DNA from: a virus | Lineage: Duplodnaviria; Caudoviricetes | IMG/VR virus record: IMGVR_UViG_3300032247_000526 | Coordinates: 1-43,245 of that record | DNA: 43,245 nucleotides | Reading direction: 5' to 3' (one strand) | Shown here: positions 1 through 12,200 of the stretch, one piece after another | Numbering within the stretch: position 1 is the first letter of the stretch | Layout of the letters: each line of letters starts with the position of its first letter | The notes under the pieces: model-generated | Databases searched by the model: none | Told to the model about the DNA's origin: nothing | The model's input: only the letters and a program-made list of their open reading frames with translations | Program-made: the position numbers and the translations under genes

Positions 1-1
1 C

Positions 2-1051
2 ATAGCCATATGTATCGCTCTTTGTCCTAACACTACCGCGAGTTAAAACAGTGAAGCGTTCAATGTAGGGAGAACGCAAACTAATAGTGGCAGTAGTTTC
101 AGCAAACTTAAACGCATAACCTGGCTTATAAAAATTACCAACAGTAAAATCACTGATTGTAGTTCCACCATTTAGGTAAAAAGCAGTTTGTGTATTGGTT
201 GCGGTAGTTGGTTGAACAAATACTTCACGAAGTCCGGCGCCTTTAACCGAAACACCTTCGGGTATTGTTAGAGGAAAATCTTCAGTAAAAGTTCCTGGTA
301 ATAGATTAACCGTGTCTCCACTATCAGCAACGGTAAATGCTTTTTCAATTGTTTTAAATGGATCTAAATGTCTTAAGCCTGTATTTGTATCACTACCGAC
401 TAGTGGATCAACATACCATGAGTTTTGATTGTATGCTAAAAGATCAACACCTTGTACTGTAGCAGTATTAAGAACAACTAAGTTATTGAATGTAGCGGTA
501 TTAAGAACACCTACATTTTGAGCGTATAAATTAGCCCAATAACTTGTAGTAGAGCCAATGCTGAATTTATTGCTAACTCTGGGAATTAAATCTGAGTTGA
601 TTTCCGATTCAATTGTCAGTATATCGGTACCAGTAGAATTACCTAAAGTAATATTTCCATTAGCAGTTATATTGCCCTGCGCTACTATGCTACCTTGTAC
701 CTGTAGATCACCTCCAATACCTACACCGCCAGTTACTACCAGTGCGCCTTCTGTCGCAGTAGTAGAATTTTGTATATTATCGATATAGATATTTCCACCT
801 ACACCAATACCCCCGCGAACTCTTAGGGCACCTGTTGTGCTACTTGTGCTTAATACAAGAGGAAGAATATCTACAGAACTAAATGCTGTAACTGTACCAG
901 TGAATGCTGTACGACCACCAATATTAACATCTTCGGTGATTCCAACACCACCGTAGACAACTGCGGCACCCGAAACCGTGCTGGTTGATGTCGCAGTTAG
1001 ATGGTTAAGAACCGTCAGACCGTTCTTAACGACGAAGTTACTTTGTGCCAT
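2..1051 (-). CDS. Fibre/giant structural protein, N-terminal part only (runs off the window's left edge; absent from the ORF track)
   Basis: ATG at 1051 with GAGGAG RBS. The frame stays open to the edge: MAQSNFVVKNGLTV..., GALxVxGGVGIGG repeats, then WYVDPLVGSDTNTG...PFKTIEKA...GDTVNLLPGTFTE...GVSVKGAGLR, a beta-helix start like that in the 4060 and 2197 aa proteins. Confidence 0.85.
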   Translation of the reverse strand, partial: MAQSNFVVKNGLTVLNHLTATSTSTVSGAAVVYGGVGITEDVNIGGRTAFTGTVTAFSSVDILPLVLSTSSTTGALRVRGGIGVGGNIYIDNIQNSTTATEGALVVTGGVGIGGDLQVQGSIVAQGNITANGNITLGNSTGTDILTIESEINSDLIPRVSNKFSIGSTTSYWANLYAQNVGVLNTATFNNLVVLNTATVQGVDLLAYNQNSWYVDPLVGSDTNTGLRHLDPFKTIEKAFTVADSGDTVNLLPGTFTEDFPLTIPEGVSVKGAGLREVFVQPTTATNTQTAFYLNGGTTISDFTVGNFYKPGYAFKFAETTATISLRSPYIERFTVLTRGSVRTKSDTYGY

Positions 1052-1094
1052 TCAGATTCACTCTCCTCTTTCCGGCTGGATTAAATTGTATTGG

Positions 1095-1102
1095 TATTTA
1101 TG
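1095..1102 (-). promoter_or_regulatory. T4-type late promoter (cATAAATA) overlapping the upstream stop codon
   Basis: TAAATA core about 45 nt upstream of the ATG at 1051; the same motif precedes many genes here. Confidence 0.6.
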
Positions 1103-4100
1103 ACGATGTAATTGCTGTTCGTAACACTTGGATAGCCATGTTTGTTGGGACATAGTTAGGTGTAAACACAATATTAATTAAACCACCGTTATAAACAGCA
1201 TCAAAATTTCCTAGGTCGCCTGTGTTGGTAACAATACCGTATTCGGATATGTAAGCACCATTTGTTTGTGCGCTACCATCATAGGCAATCATAATTTCTT
1301 CAACATGGAATTTATTTGGAACGTATCCTGTATCAATAATCTGTACAATATATTTGGCAGTTCTAAAAGCACCTGCATTAAATGTATCTATTGTGATTTG
1401 GCTGTTTGAAGCAATACCTACTGTGCTTGTAGAAGCAATTTGATTGTTTACAATCTGAACTGTAACGCCCTTGATAGTAGCACCTGAAGTAATACTTCCG
1501 CCAGCACCAATACCACCACTAACAACTAAAGCACCCGAATTAGTCGAACCGTTATTAACAGAACTTGATCCAATTTTAACCTGTCCATCATTGACCCATA
1601 AGGCCCATTGATTTGCTGCCGAGGCACCGCCTACTATAGTTGGTGAATTTTCAATGAATAATGTAGCAATATCACGCCAAGTTGGGTTCAATGTTCCTAC
1701 TAAACTTGGTTTATTGATACTATGAATTACTGCTGTACCAGCATTAATGCCAACCGATGTTAAATCTGTATATGTGCTAGTTGATAATTGTAAACCTGGA
1801 CCATTTACAGTCCACTTGTTGGCCTGTACGTCGCCTACTCGTTTAACACTACCCGCTACATACAATCCCCCGCCGACGCCAACACCGCCCCAAACTTCTA
1901 ATGCTCCAGACCCAGTTGTACCAGAAACAGTGGTAGTTGATAAAATATGTGTATTGCCACCAATCCACGTATCCTTACCAATGCCAACACCGCCGGCAAC
2001 AACTAAATCACCAAATGTTGTACCGGTAGATTGTGATCCACTGTTAACACTTGCTGTGTTAATATTAATTCTTGTAGCATTAATAGTTTGAGCAACACCT
2101 AAGCCACCGGCAACAGTTAAAGCACCAAGACTTCTTGAACTGCTATCATCGGTACCTAATACAGTTAAATTATGGTCAACTTCTAAATCAGTACCAACTC
2201 TTGCACTTTGACCAATGTCTAATATACCACCAAGCCAAACATCTTGAGCAATGCCAACACCGCCTGCTACAGTAAATGCACCACCTGAACTTGTAAATGC
2301 GTTATCGGTATCTAAGAAAGATACTTGACCGCCAACATTTAAATTGCCGCCAATACCAACACCACCAACAACTGTTAATGCTCCACTTCCGGTATCATTA
2401 GATGTTTGATTACTCCAGACATATGCAGTACCTGTAGTAACAAAAGTTCCGCCCATGTTTAAGTTACCACCTAAACCTAGACCACCGTCGATAATAATAG
2501 CACCTGTAGTAGTGCTGGTTGATTGTGTTAGGTTAGTAAAGTGGAAAGTCAGTGTAAAAACACCACCAATAGTTCCGTTAATTGTTCCTGTAGTAAGAAC
2601 TTGTGAATTACCAACATATGCGGCTGTTTCAGCATATAAGTATTTTGCACCAACACCGCCATTAGGAACATAAACTGTGTTTCCTGTTGTAGTTGTTAGA
2701 TTATAATTGTATCCTAAGAATGTTGTATCGGTACTGAATATATTTGTCTTACCAGAACTAATTCCGCCTGGTACAATTAACGCACCTGTTCCTGGAACTG
2801 TTGCAGGTGTACTATCGTGTAGTATTAACGATCCTGCTTCTAGAGTTGCCCAAGAACCTGTTGTATACAATTGAGTAATATCTACAAATCCATTGGCATT
2901 AGGTAGAATATTATTCTTTAAAAAGAAATGTTGAGCAGTATGATCAAGTCCAATAATTGCTCTGTAGTCTGTTAGTGTACTGACATTAGGTTGATAGTGG
3001 ATCATCAATCCTTTATCATAGATATCAGGAGTCTGTAGCATTGAACCATCAACACCACCACCAATATCAATAACAGGATCAACAATATAAGTATTTGTAC
3101 TATCAACAACAACCTGTTTACCAGTACCTAATAACAATAAATCACCACGGATAACAGTATTTCCGTTAACTGTTAAATCTTTTCCAATACTAACACCACC
3201 AGCAACTACAACCGCGTTGGTTGCTGTTGTACCAGTAGAACTGATTGAGGACCCAATAATTAAGTTTTGTCCAATGCCAACACCGCCAGCAACAACCAAC
3301 GGTGCTACACTATAAGATTGAGCAACTGATGCATCTGCTACAACTATGTCCTGTGCCCAAATAGTGTTAGCAACACCAAGACCGCCATTGATAATTACTG
3401 AACCAGATTGTGTATTTGATGCATCTATCTGAGCATTAAAGTATGCTTGTCCACCAAAATAGCCAGTGCCGCTAATGCCTAACCCACCACCATTGGTAAC
3501 TTCTAAACTATTGCCAGCAACTGTAGTTAGACTATAGTTACCGGATACGAAGAATCCGTTTTGAGCATATAGATCTTGGCCAACACCTAAACCGCCCTGT
3601 AATGTTAAGGCACCTGTTGTTGTACTAACAGCATTAATTGTACTTAAGAATGTTCCTGTTCCTAAACCTACAATGCGGCCACCAACATATAAGTTACCAG
3701 TAATACCTGCGCCGCCGCCATTTCTTAATTGTAAGGCACCAGTACTTGTGCTGATAGCATTAGTATTGGTTAATAGTATTAACTCATTAGGGAACTGTTG
3801 TTGTCCGTTATTGGCAGTGGCTCGTGTTAAGATTTCACTACTATTGATGTTATATATGCCGTATAAATTTCCGCCGCCTACACCATAAATGCCGTTGCCA
3901 AAACTAATACCACCTGCTACAACTAACGCCTGAGTAGCCGATGTACTAGTACTACCTTTTGTTTCTCCTATGTATACTGTACCTGAAGTAACATAGATAG
4001 AATATGAATTTATTATTGAAAGATTATTACTGGCTGTACTCGGAGCACCATTAACTAAGATACTAACTGCGTTTGTAACTGTAACATTTGTATTTGTAGA

Positions 4101-4382
4101 ATCAAATTGAGGTTGACCAAAATAGTTAACAATTTCAAAAGGTACAGGGCCAGTACTTGAAATATCAGTATAAATGTTGTCACTAAAACGTAAAGCGGCA
4201 CCACTAGAAAATACATTATCGCTAATTGGATTAGTTCGAGCAATGTAGCCACCTACATTTAAATTACCACCTATGCCACCGCCGCCGGCAACCAATAAAG
4301 CACCTGAATATGTATTAGACGAAACCGCTGTTCCTTCAACGGTCAAGCCTTGTTTAACTACGAAATCTTTATTCAGTGCCAT
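1098..4382 (-). CDS. Gly/Thr-rich fibre protein with GALxVxGGxGIGGNLxVGG repeats and a conserved C-terminal beta domain
   Basis: 1094 aa ORF with many STTTGAL(V/T)VxGG(V/L)G repeats and the C-terminal IDTF...FRTAKYIVQI...SEYG domain; located in the structural cluster; AAGGA RBS. Confidence 0.8.
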   Translation of the reverse strand: MALNKDFVVKQGLTVEGTAVSSNTYSGALLVAGGGGIGGNLNVGGYIARTNPISDNVFSSGAALRFSDNIYTDISSTGPVPFEIVNYFGQPQFDSTNTNVTVTNAVSILVNGAPSTASNNLSIINSYSIYVTSGTVYIGETKGSTSTSATQALVVAGGISFGNGIYGVGGGNLYGIYNINSSEILTRATANNGQQQFPNELILLTNTNAISTSTGALQLRNGGGAGITGNLYVGGRIVGLGTGTFLSTINAVSTTTGALTLQGGLGVGQDLYAQNGFFVSGNYSLTTVAGNSLEVTNGGGLGISGTGYFGGQAYFNAQIDASNTQSGSVIINGGLGVANTIWAQDIVVADASVAQSYSVAPLVVAGGVGIGQNLIIGSSISSTGTTATNAVVVAGGVSIGKDLTVNGNTVIRGDLLLLGTGKQVVVDSTNTYIVDPVIDIGGGVDGSMLQTPDIYDKGLMIHYQPNVSTLTDYRAIIGLDHTAQHFFLKNNILPNANGFVDITQLYTTGSWATLEAGSLILHDSTPATVPGTGALIVPGGISSGKTNIFSTDTTFLGYNYNLTTTTGNTVYVPNGGVGAKYLYAETAAYVGNSQVLTTGTINGTIGGVFTLTFHFTNLTQSTSTTTGAIIIDGGLGLGGNLNMGGTFVTTGTAYVWSNQTSNDTGSGALTVVGGVGIGGNLNVGGQVSFLDTDNAFTSSGGAFTVAGGVGIAQDVWLGGILDIGQSARVGTDLEVDHNLTVLGTDDSSSRSLGALTVAGGLGVAQTINATRININTASVNSGSQSTGTTFGDLVVAGGVGIGKDTWIGGNTHILSTTTVSGTTGSGALEVWGGVGVGGGLYVAGSVKRVGDVQANKWTVNGPGLQLSTSTYTDLTSVGINAGTAVIHSINKPSLVGTLNPTWRDIATLFIENSPTIVGGASAANQWALWVNDGQVKIGSSSVNNGSTNSGALVVSGGIGAGGSITSGATIKGVTVQIVNNQIASTSTVGIASNSQITIDTFNAGAFRTAKYIVQIIDTGYVPNKFHVEEIMIAYDGSAQTNGAYISEYGIVTNTGDLGNFDAVYNGGLINIVFTPNYVPTNMAIQVLRTAITSS

Positions 4383-4405
4383 TTCTTATTCCTTGTAATA
4401 CATGA

Positions 4406-6208
4406 TTAAATCGTTATACTTGTTCTAGCAATCTTCATGGTTTTGTTACTCGATTTATAAGCCGAGAATAATAACCTTACTAAACCGTTGCCTCCTGCAT
4501 TATAGTCTACAGTAAAGACACCTTTTTCACCAGAAGTTGAGATAATACCGTATTCTGATTTGTAAACATTACCTACATTATCGTATAACATCACAATTTC
4601 TCTTACCTCAAAACTTGCTGTTGGTCCTGTCCCGTCAGTAATCTGTACGAGACTCTTTGTAGTTCTATAATTCAGCGCCGGCCAACTGTCAACCACTGTA
4701 GTACTTGTGTTATTTATACTGGTGGCACGGGTAAACAGTTGGGCATCTTTGTATTGAATACTTCCATTAACCTGGAGTTTATCTACTCCGTTATCTGACT
4801 GTTGCCCTACGAGCAAATTGCCTGTAGTTTTTACAACTGCTAGTCTATAAGTTAAATTTCTATCATCGTAAAGAGTTAGACTGCCTTCACGCAGACTAGC
4901 ACCACTTTGTCCAGCGGCATTATTTCCACCTACATTCCATGTGTAACTTTGCCCATTTGTAGCAGTATTACGCATACGGAAATATACACTATCGACACTT
5001 CTAGGACTTTCAAGTGTTAAACTTTTTCCAATGTAGACATCACCGCCAATACCAACACCGCCAAGTACTTTTAGGGCACCGGTATAGGTATTGTATGCAC
5101 TTTCGATGTTGGCAACATAGAAAGGATCTGAAATCTGGCCACCGTTCCAGTAGGCGTTTTCTAATGGAACACCGTCAACATATACTGCTCGAGCGTACAA
5201 AGCACCGTTAACACCTACACCACCTGAAACTAACAAAGCCGCACTAAACGTTGAAGTAGCACTTGTGGCATTTAAAACTTGTGTAATACCTGAAATGTTA
5301 GTATTACTCGAAAATGTAGCAAATCCGCCAGCGGTAACATTACCACCTGCGTTTATATCACCGCCTACTCCAACTCCCCCGGCAATTACTAATGCACCTG
5401 TTGTTGTACTAGTACTGGTATCAGTCCCAGTAATTGACATTTTCTTAACTTGGAATGTTCCTGAAGAATATAAATCAGTAAAATAGCCTACATTAGGAGT
5501 AATAGTTCCAATAGGACTATCGTCAAGAAGTTTTTTTGTTATTGTTTGATTAGGTACATTGTCACCTACAATTTGATACCAATTAACTGGATCAACATCT
5601 AACACATTTTGAGATTCAAAGTCTGTGTAAAAATAACGACCAGCATAAGCAGTACCAGAACTAACGTTGACAATGGCACCAGCCATTTTATCTGAGGTAT
5701 TATCGTCAGTAGTTCTTGACCATGTACCATTATATCCTACACCTAAATAAGTGATATAATAGATACCATTTTCAGCAGGATTATCCTGAGCACGAACTAG
5801 GATACGATCTAAATAGGACGCATCATATCCACTAACAGTTATGGGAGCACCGCCGACAAGTACAATGTTAGCAGTAGTAGCGGCTTTCACTGGGCCTTTG
5901 AATGCGGTGTTGGCCTGTAGGTCAGGAATATACGTTGGGCCTAAAATGTAGTTTCCGCCTGTTCCTTGAGATACAATAACATTATTCCCATCTGGAATAA
6001 TTGTCTGCATATAAGAACTAGTGTTACTAAATGTAAAGTTAAACTTCCCTAGTGTGGTTGCGTAGGTTGTTTGGCTATTGGCCGTAATAATTGTATAACC
6101 AGTTGAGGTAGTTGGAGTATTACCTAACTGTGCCTGTGTTTTGTTTAGTGTAATAAACCCAGATTTTGAACTTCGATTACGTTGTGCGCCGCTTAATAAT
6201 CCAGCCAT
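4406..6208 (-). CDS. Fibre/structural protein (tail-fibre-type KGPVKAATTANI...RILVRAQ...ENGIY domain, Gly repeats, same C-terminal domain as its neighbour)
   Basis: 600 aa ORF with GGAG RBS, starting 1 nt after the upstream stop; motifs typical of phage fibre or decoration proteins. Confidence 0.8.
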   Translation of the reverse strand: MAGLLSGAQRNRSSKSGFITLNKTQAQLGNTPTTSTGYTIITANSQTTYATTLGKFNFTFSNTSSYMQTIIPDGNNVIVSQGTGGNYILGPTYIPDLQANTAFKGPVKAATTANIVLVGGAPITVSGYDASYLDRILVRAQDNPAENGIYYITYLGVGYNGTWSRTTDDNTSDKMAGAIVNVSSGTAYAGRYFYTDFESQNVLDVDPVNWYQIVGDNVPNQTITKKLLDDSPIGTITPNVGYFTDLYSSGTFQVKKMSITGTDTSTSTTTGALVIAGGVGVGGDINAGGNVTAGGFATFSSNTNISGITQVLNATSATSTFSAALLVSGGVGVNGALYARAVYVDGVPLENAYWNGGQISDPFYVANIESAYNTYTGALKVLGGVGIGGDVYIGKSLTLESPRSVDSVYFRMRNTATNGQSYTWNVGGNNAAGQSGASLREGSLTLYDDRNLTYRLAVVKTTGNLLVGQQSDNGVDKLQVNGSIQYKDAQLFTRATSINNTSTTVVDSWPALNYRTTKSLVQITDGTGPTASFEVREIVMLYDNVGNVYKSEYGIISTSGEKGVFTVDYNAGGNGLVRLLFSAYKSSNKTMKIARTSITI

Positions 6209-6209
6209 G

Positions 6210-9200
6210 TTATGCTCCTCCGATCACTAATACGAACGGAGTCATTTCAGCATATAGGGATTTCTGGAATGTACGACCCGAAAGCACACCAGTTGCTTGA
6301 CTGATAACCAGTGTTGGCCCAATTCGGAAGTCACCGTTTTGGTCAGTTGATGTAAAGAATACCTTACCGTTATTCAATTGTATAGTTTCCTTAGATTGTA
6401 CCGGGTCAGCCTTACCAACTTGTGGTAAAGCACCATATTGTGTTCCAGCGCCGACATATTCAAACAAATATCCAGAAGCAGAGATGTAACTTTGTTGGAA
6501 GAAATTAACAGTTGCTCCATCAATAAACAAAGTTGGATCTGTAATATTTTGTTCAAGTGTAACAATATGGTATTGACCTTTTCTTGAGAAATATCCCTCA
6601 CCTGTATTTACAGATTTATAATTGCCCCCGTTTACTGTGTCAAAAATAACAGAATCTATAATAGATCCCATATCTCTGTAACATTTATTTTTATCGTAAT
6701 TGGGTTGACCGCCATAAGTCCAATCAATGTAAGAAGTAATTTCCGCCTGAATGAATGCTCTGTTGGCTTCTAAAATATTGTAAGTGTTAATTACATTTGT
6801 ATTTGTACTTTCTGTATAAGAAATTGGTATTGCTGCCGGAGCAACATTAGGACCATTAACAATAATATTTGTAATAGTATTAATATTTGCTTGTACTATT
6901 GCTACTTCAGCGGCTGTACCTACAGGCATATCAGTTATTTGTTTGATTTTAAATTGATAAACAGAAGTAACTGGTTGGCCAGTGATAATGTTAGGAACAA
7001 TTTCTCTTAGATAATTGTAAGCCGCAGTAGTCTGAGGTATTTCGTCAGGTATGGCTGTTGTATAACCAAAACCATAATAGTAAACACCTGCTTGAACACT
7101 TTGACGGTTACCTGTATGAGTTAAATCAAATCCTACACAGTCAATTACAAAGCCAACATCTCTCATACAGGTTGTATGATCAAAATTCCAACCAGGATTA
7201 TCTGTAGTAATTCTTGCTATAACTTCATTCTTAATAAAGTCTTTGTTAGTTTCGAGAATACTATAAGCGTTGAGTGTATCTGTATCAGTTGTTGTATTAC
7301 TGTTAGGTACAATGATATCAGTTACACCGCCTGTACCGTTCTCTAAAATATTTAAGACAACATTCATATTACTAGCCAATGTAGTAGCCGCAGAGGCCAT
7401 TCCCATGTATGGAGTTGTAATTTGTGTGCCTGTTGAATAACGTGGACCGCTGGTATCAGACAGTATAATCTGTTGTGCCAACGATCTCACATAACCAATA
7501 GCCGCTGTTGTAGTTGTCAACTCGCCTGGTATAGTAGCAGTTGTGTCAGAATTTTGATTCCAGTATTGTAATCCTGCAAATGTTGATTGACTTGTACCGC
7601 CAAACAATAAGTCTTGTGCAATTGCATCAACAATTAGACCAGTATCACGCTGGCATTTTGCTTGACTGTAACTGAATCCTGGATATGTGCTTCCAATATA
7701 TCCTGTCATTTCGGCTTCAAAATAACTTCTATTAAGTTCAAGCAATTGTACAGCGTTGATAACATTAGTTGCTGTTGATGCTGTAGTACCAATTGAAGTT
7801 TTAGCAGGTGCCGCACTTGGTCCGTTTGCAATAATGTTTGTTATTACATCAAGATTTGATTGTGCAATTGCGGCTTCTACACTTGTTCCGATACTTCCTG
7901 TGTTAAGGATTTGAGGATGTACGAGTTGATATCCAGAATTGACAGGAATATTTTCAATTACCTTAGGCACAATACTTCGTAGGTAAGCATAAGCCGCTAG
8001 GGTCTGAGTTGATTCTCCTGGAATAGCAGTAGATGCACTGTTATAACCATAGTAGTAAGCACCACTTTGTACTGCTTGTCTATTTCCGCCATATAAAATA
8101 TCAACGCAAACACTATCAACCATATAGCCTACATCGCGAGCACATGTATCTCTGTTGTAAGTGAATGTAGAAGTAGTTTGACTAATATATGCAACAACTT
8201 CTGCCTGAATAAATGTACGGTTAGCATGAATAAGGTTAGCCGCTTTAACAATATTTGCATTGGTAGATGTTGTTACTCCTAATGGAGATTTAACAGTAAC
8301 AATGTCAGGACCAAAATTAATAATTTCAGTTGCTAGATCAATCTTAGATTGTGCCAATGTAACTTCAGTTGTTGTTCCTGTAGAAGCACTAATAGTCTGA
8401 GTATATGTGTTTTGATAAGTTACAGGCATTGCTTGACCTTGTACAATGTATGGCAACATTGTTTTAATATAGTCATAAGCAATGGTTGTCTTAACTTGTT
8501 CTCCAGGAATAGCACTTGCAGTATCTGAGAAGGTGTAATAATACACACCGGATTGAACTGCTTGTCTGTTACCATCATACAATAAGTCAATAGAAACGCT
8601 GTCAACCATGAATCCTACATCTCGGTAGCACTTGGCCTGATCATAAACAAACCCTGTACTAGATGTAATATGATTTACATAAGCAACAGCCTCAGTTTGA
8701 ATGTACTGTTTATTGGCCTGGATAATACCGTACGCATTTTTAGTAGTAGCATTGGTACTAGATGTTATTCCGTTAGGAACAATTAAATCAGTAACACCAG
8801 CAGTACCACTACTTAAAATATTTGTAATAATATTAAAATCAGCCAATACTGCTGATGCATCAGTTGCGGCACCGTGTGGTACATTTGTAATTTGGCTTAC
8901 AGTACTTTGATATCTAGTACCAGTTGAAATACCTTGTACAACTAGTTGCATCAACGAACTTACATAGTTAATTGCCTGTGTTGTTGTAGTAATTTCACTG
9001 GCAATAGCACCTGTGTAGTCGCCTTGATTCCAATATTGTAATCCGGCAAATGTCATCTGGCTTGAAGTATTGAACAACATATCTTGTACAATAGCATCAA
9101 CAATCAATCCTGTATCACGAGAACATTTATTTTGATCAAATACGTATGAAGGATTAGCCGCATAGTCAACATAGGCCACTGCTTCTTGTTGTAGATACGC

Positions 9201-12200
9201 TCTGTTGGCTTGTAAAATATTGAACGCATAGATGTTGCTTGCAGTTGTACTGGCTGTTACACTATTAGGTACAATCATATCAGTTACACCGTTAGTACCT
9301 GTTGCCAATATATCAAGAATAACATCAAAATCTGCGGCTACTTGAGCCACAGTTGCTGTGATACCTGTTGGTAAGAACAATGATTGTGTAAGAGTATTGC
9401 CTGGGCTAACTGTTACTGGATTGCTCTGAACAACATTTTGTATAACCTCACTTAGATATCTAAATGCGTTTGTAGTTGTAGTAATTTCATTGGCAATAGT
9501 GTTAACGTATCCGTCTTGGTTCCAATATTGTAAACCACTAAATGCACTTTGTGTAGTACCACCATGTAATATATCCATAGCAATACTGTCAACAATTAGC
9601 CCAGTGTCGCGATTGCATTTAGTTTTATCGTAACTAAATCCTGTGTTGAATATATTATTAATATAAGAAATTACTTCGGCCTGTATAAATGCTCTGTTGG
9701 CATTTAATAATGTGGCCGCATTTTGAGTTGAAGTAGTATTACTCTCTGTTAACGGAATTGGTGTTCCTGGGTCGGCTACAGTTGGGCCAACATCAATGAT
9801 ATTTGTAATACGATCGATGCTGTTGTTAACGTAAGTAACATCAGTCTGACTACCAATTAAGTAAACATAATTTATGTAATTTACAACTTCATTTTGGATA
9901 AAGTCTCTGTTGGCTTCAAGGATTTTGGCAGCATTTAAAACTGTGGCTGTGCTTGTAGCAGTTAATCCAATTGAAGTTGCTGTGTTAGCCACAGTTGGTC
10001 CGTTGTTAATAATATTAACAATTAAATCAACCATACTCTGTACTTGACTGGCTTCAAATACTGTTGCTGATGTTAGTGTGGTAACTTGAGTAGCAGTATT
10101 ATTTGGTGAAGTAGTAACTGTCTGATTTTGTACAATTTGAGGAACAATATCTCTTAGGCGTTCATAGGCCGCAATTGTTTGAGCACTTTGGTAAGGAATA
10201 GCAGTTGATGTAGTGTATGAATAATAATATACACCACTTTGTATAGCCTGTCTGTTACCGCCATGTAAGATGTCAAAACTTACTGAGTCAACCATATAGC
10301 CTACATCCCTGTAACACTTGTCCGTGTCGAATGTAAACCCACCTGTTGCAATACTGCTAACATAAGAAAGAGTCTGCTGTTGTAAGTAAGTCTTATTGGC
10401 CTGTAAGATGTTATATGCTCTTGTAGCATCAGTCGAAACGGCTGTTAATCCGTTTGGCACAATTAAATCTGTAACACCAGAAGTTCCACTGTTTAATATA
10501 TTAAGGATATATTGGAAATCATTCTTGACAGCATATAGTTGAACGTATGTTGCAGTAGTTCCTGTAGTAATTTGTGTTGCTGTGGTGATAAAACGCTTAA
10601 CAGTTCCTGTACTGTTAACAACAACTTGTTGAGCAAGATCACTTAGGTACTGTATTGCTTTTGTTGTTGTGGTCAATTCTCCTGGAATAGTCCCTACAGT
10701 TGATGTTGATTGATTCCAGTATTGTATTCCGGCAAAATTACTTTGTGTATAGCCATTAATTGGAAATTCTAAATCAATAGCAAAACTGTCAACTAACAAT
10801 CCTGTGTCTCTAAAACACTTATCAGAGTCATATGTATAACTTAAACTTGTAACTTGAGGTACTAAAGTCTGTTGAGGACTAGTAATAGTTTGACCTAATA
10901 TAATAGGTTGTACTAGATCTTTGATATAGTTGTAGGCCGCAGTAGTTTGTGGAATTTCGTTAGGAATAGCAGTTGAAGTTGTATAATAGTAATAATACAC
11001 ACCACTTTGAATTGCTTGACGATTACCACCGTAAAGTGTGTCAAAACTAACACTATCTAACATGTATCCTACATCACGGAAACATTTATCTTGATTATAG
11101 GTAAAGCCAGTATATTTGTCGTTAATATATGCGAGTACTTCGTTTTGGATAAACGATCTATTGGCTAACAATAAATTAAATGCGTTATTAACAGATGCTT
11201 TAGAACTAGGTTTTAGCCCAATTGGTACCGCAGGACTTGCTATAGTAGGCCCTTTGTTTATAATACTTGTAATTGTTGAAACATATCGACTTGCTAACGC
11301 AACTTCATTATTTGATGCAGGTAGTAGATATGTAACTTGAGTAGCAGTATTGCCTGAACTTTTTTGAACTGTATTACCTAATAATATTGTTGAAACAACA
11401 TCTGATAATCTAGCATACGCATCATTAACTTGTAATGATTCATAAGTAATCACACTTGATGTGTTTATGTAACTATAATAGTAAACACCACTTTGTACTG
11501 CTTGTCTGTTACCGCCGTGTATCAAGTCAAAACTTACACTGTCAATCATATAACCTAAGTCACGAGCACATATATCTCTATTATAGACAAATGTTGAACT
11601 TGAAATGTAATTAATATAAGCAAGAGTTTCTTCAATCATAAACTCTCTGTTAGCCTGTAGGATAGTATAGGCGTTATTGGTACTTGTAGTATTAGTTGGT
11701 TTACCATTAGGAACAATTGTATCTGTTATTCCAGCAGTACCATTTTGCAATATATTGATAATGACGCCAAAATCAGCACCAACAGCAGAAGCATCTAATG
11801 AAGTTGCTTTTGTTAAACTAACATTTTGTGTTGTAGTATTTTGATAACGTGTACCTGTATTGTTTACAACAACTTGTTGAGCCAATGAACTTAGATAGAT
11901 AACAGCAGAAGTTGTTGTTGTTAGTTCTCCAGGAATTGTTCCAGATGTGTCAGCCGCTTGATTCCAATATTGTAGTCCAGCAAATGTTGATTGACTATTG
12001 CCAACGCTTGGGTACATCATATCAAATGCAATTGCATCAACAATTAAACCTGTGTCTCTAAAACAGTTATCTTGATTATAAGAAAAATTAGAAGTAGAAT
12101 TTATGTAAGCAACAACTTCTCGTTGTAAAAATTCTCTATTTTGTTGTATCTTGTTATATGCTTGAACAATATCAATTTTAGTACTTGATGTTATAGAGTT

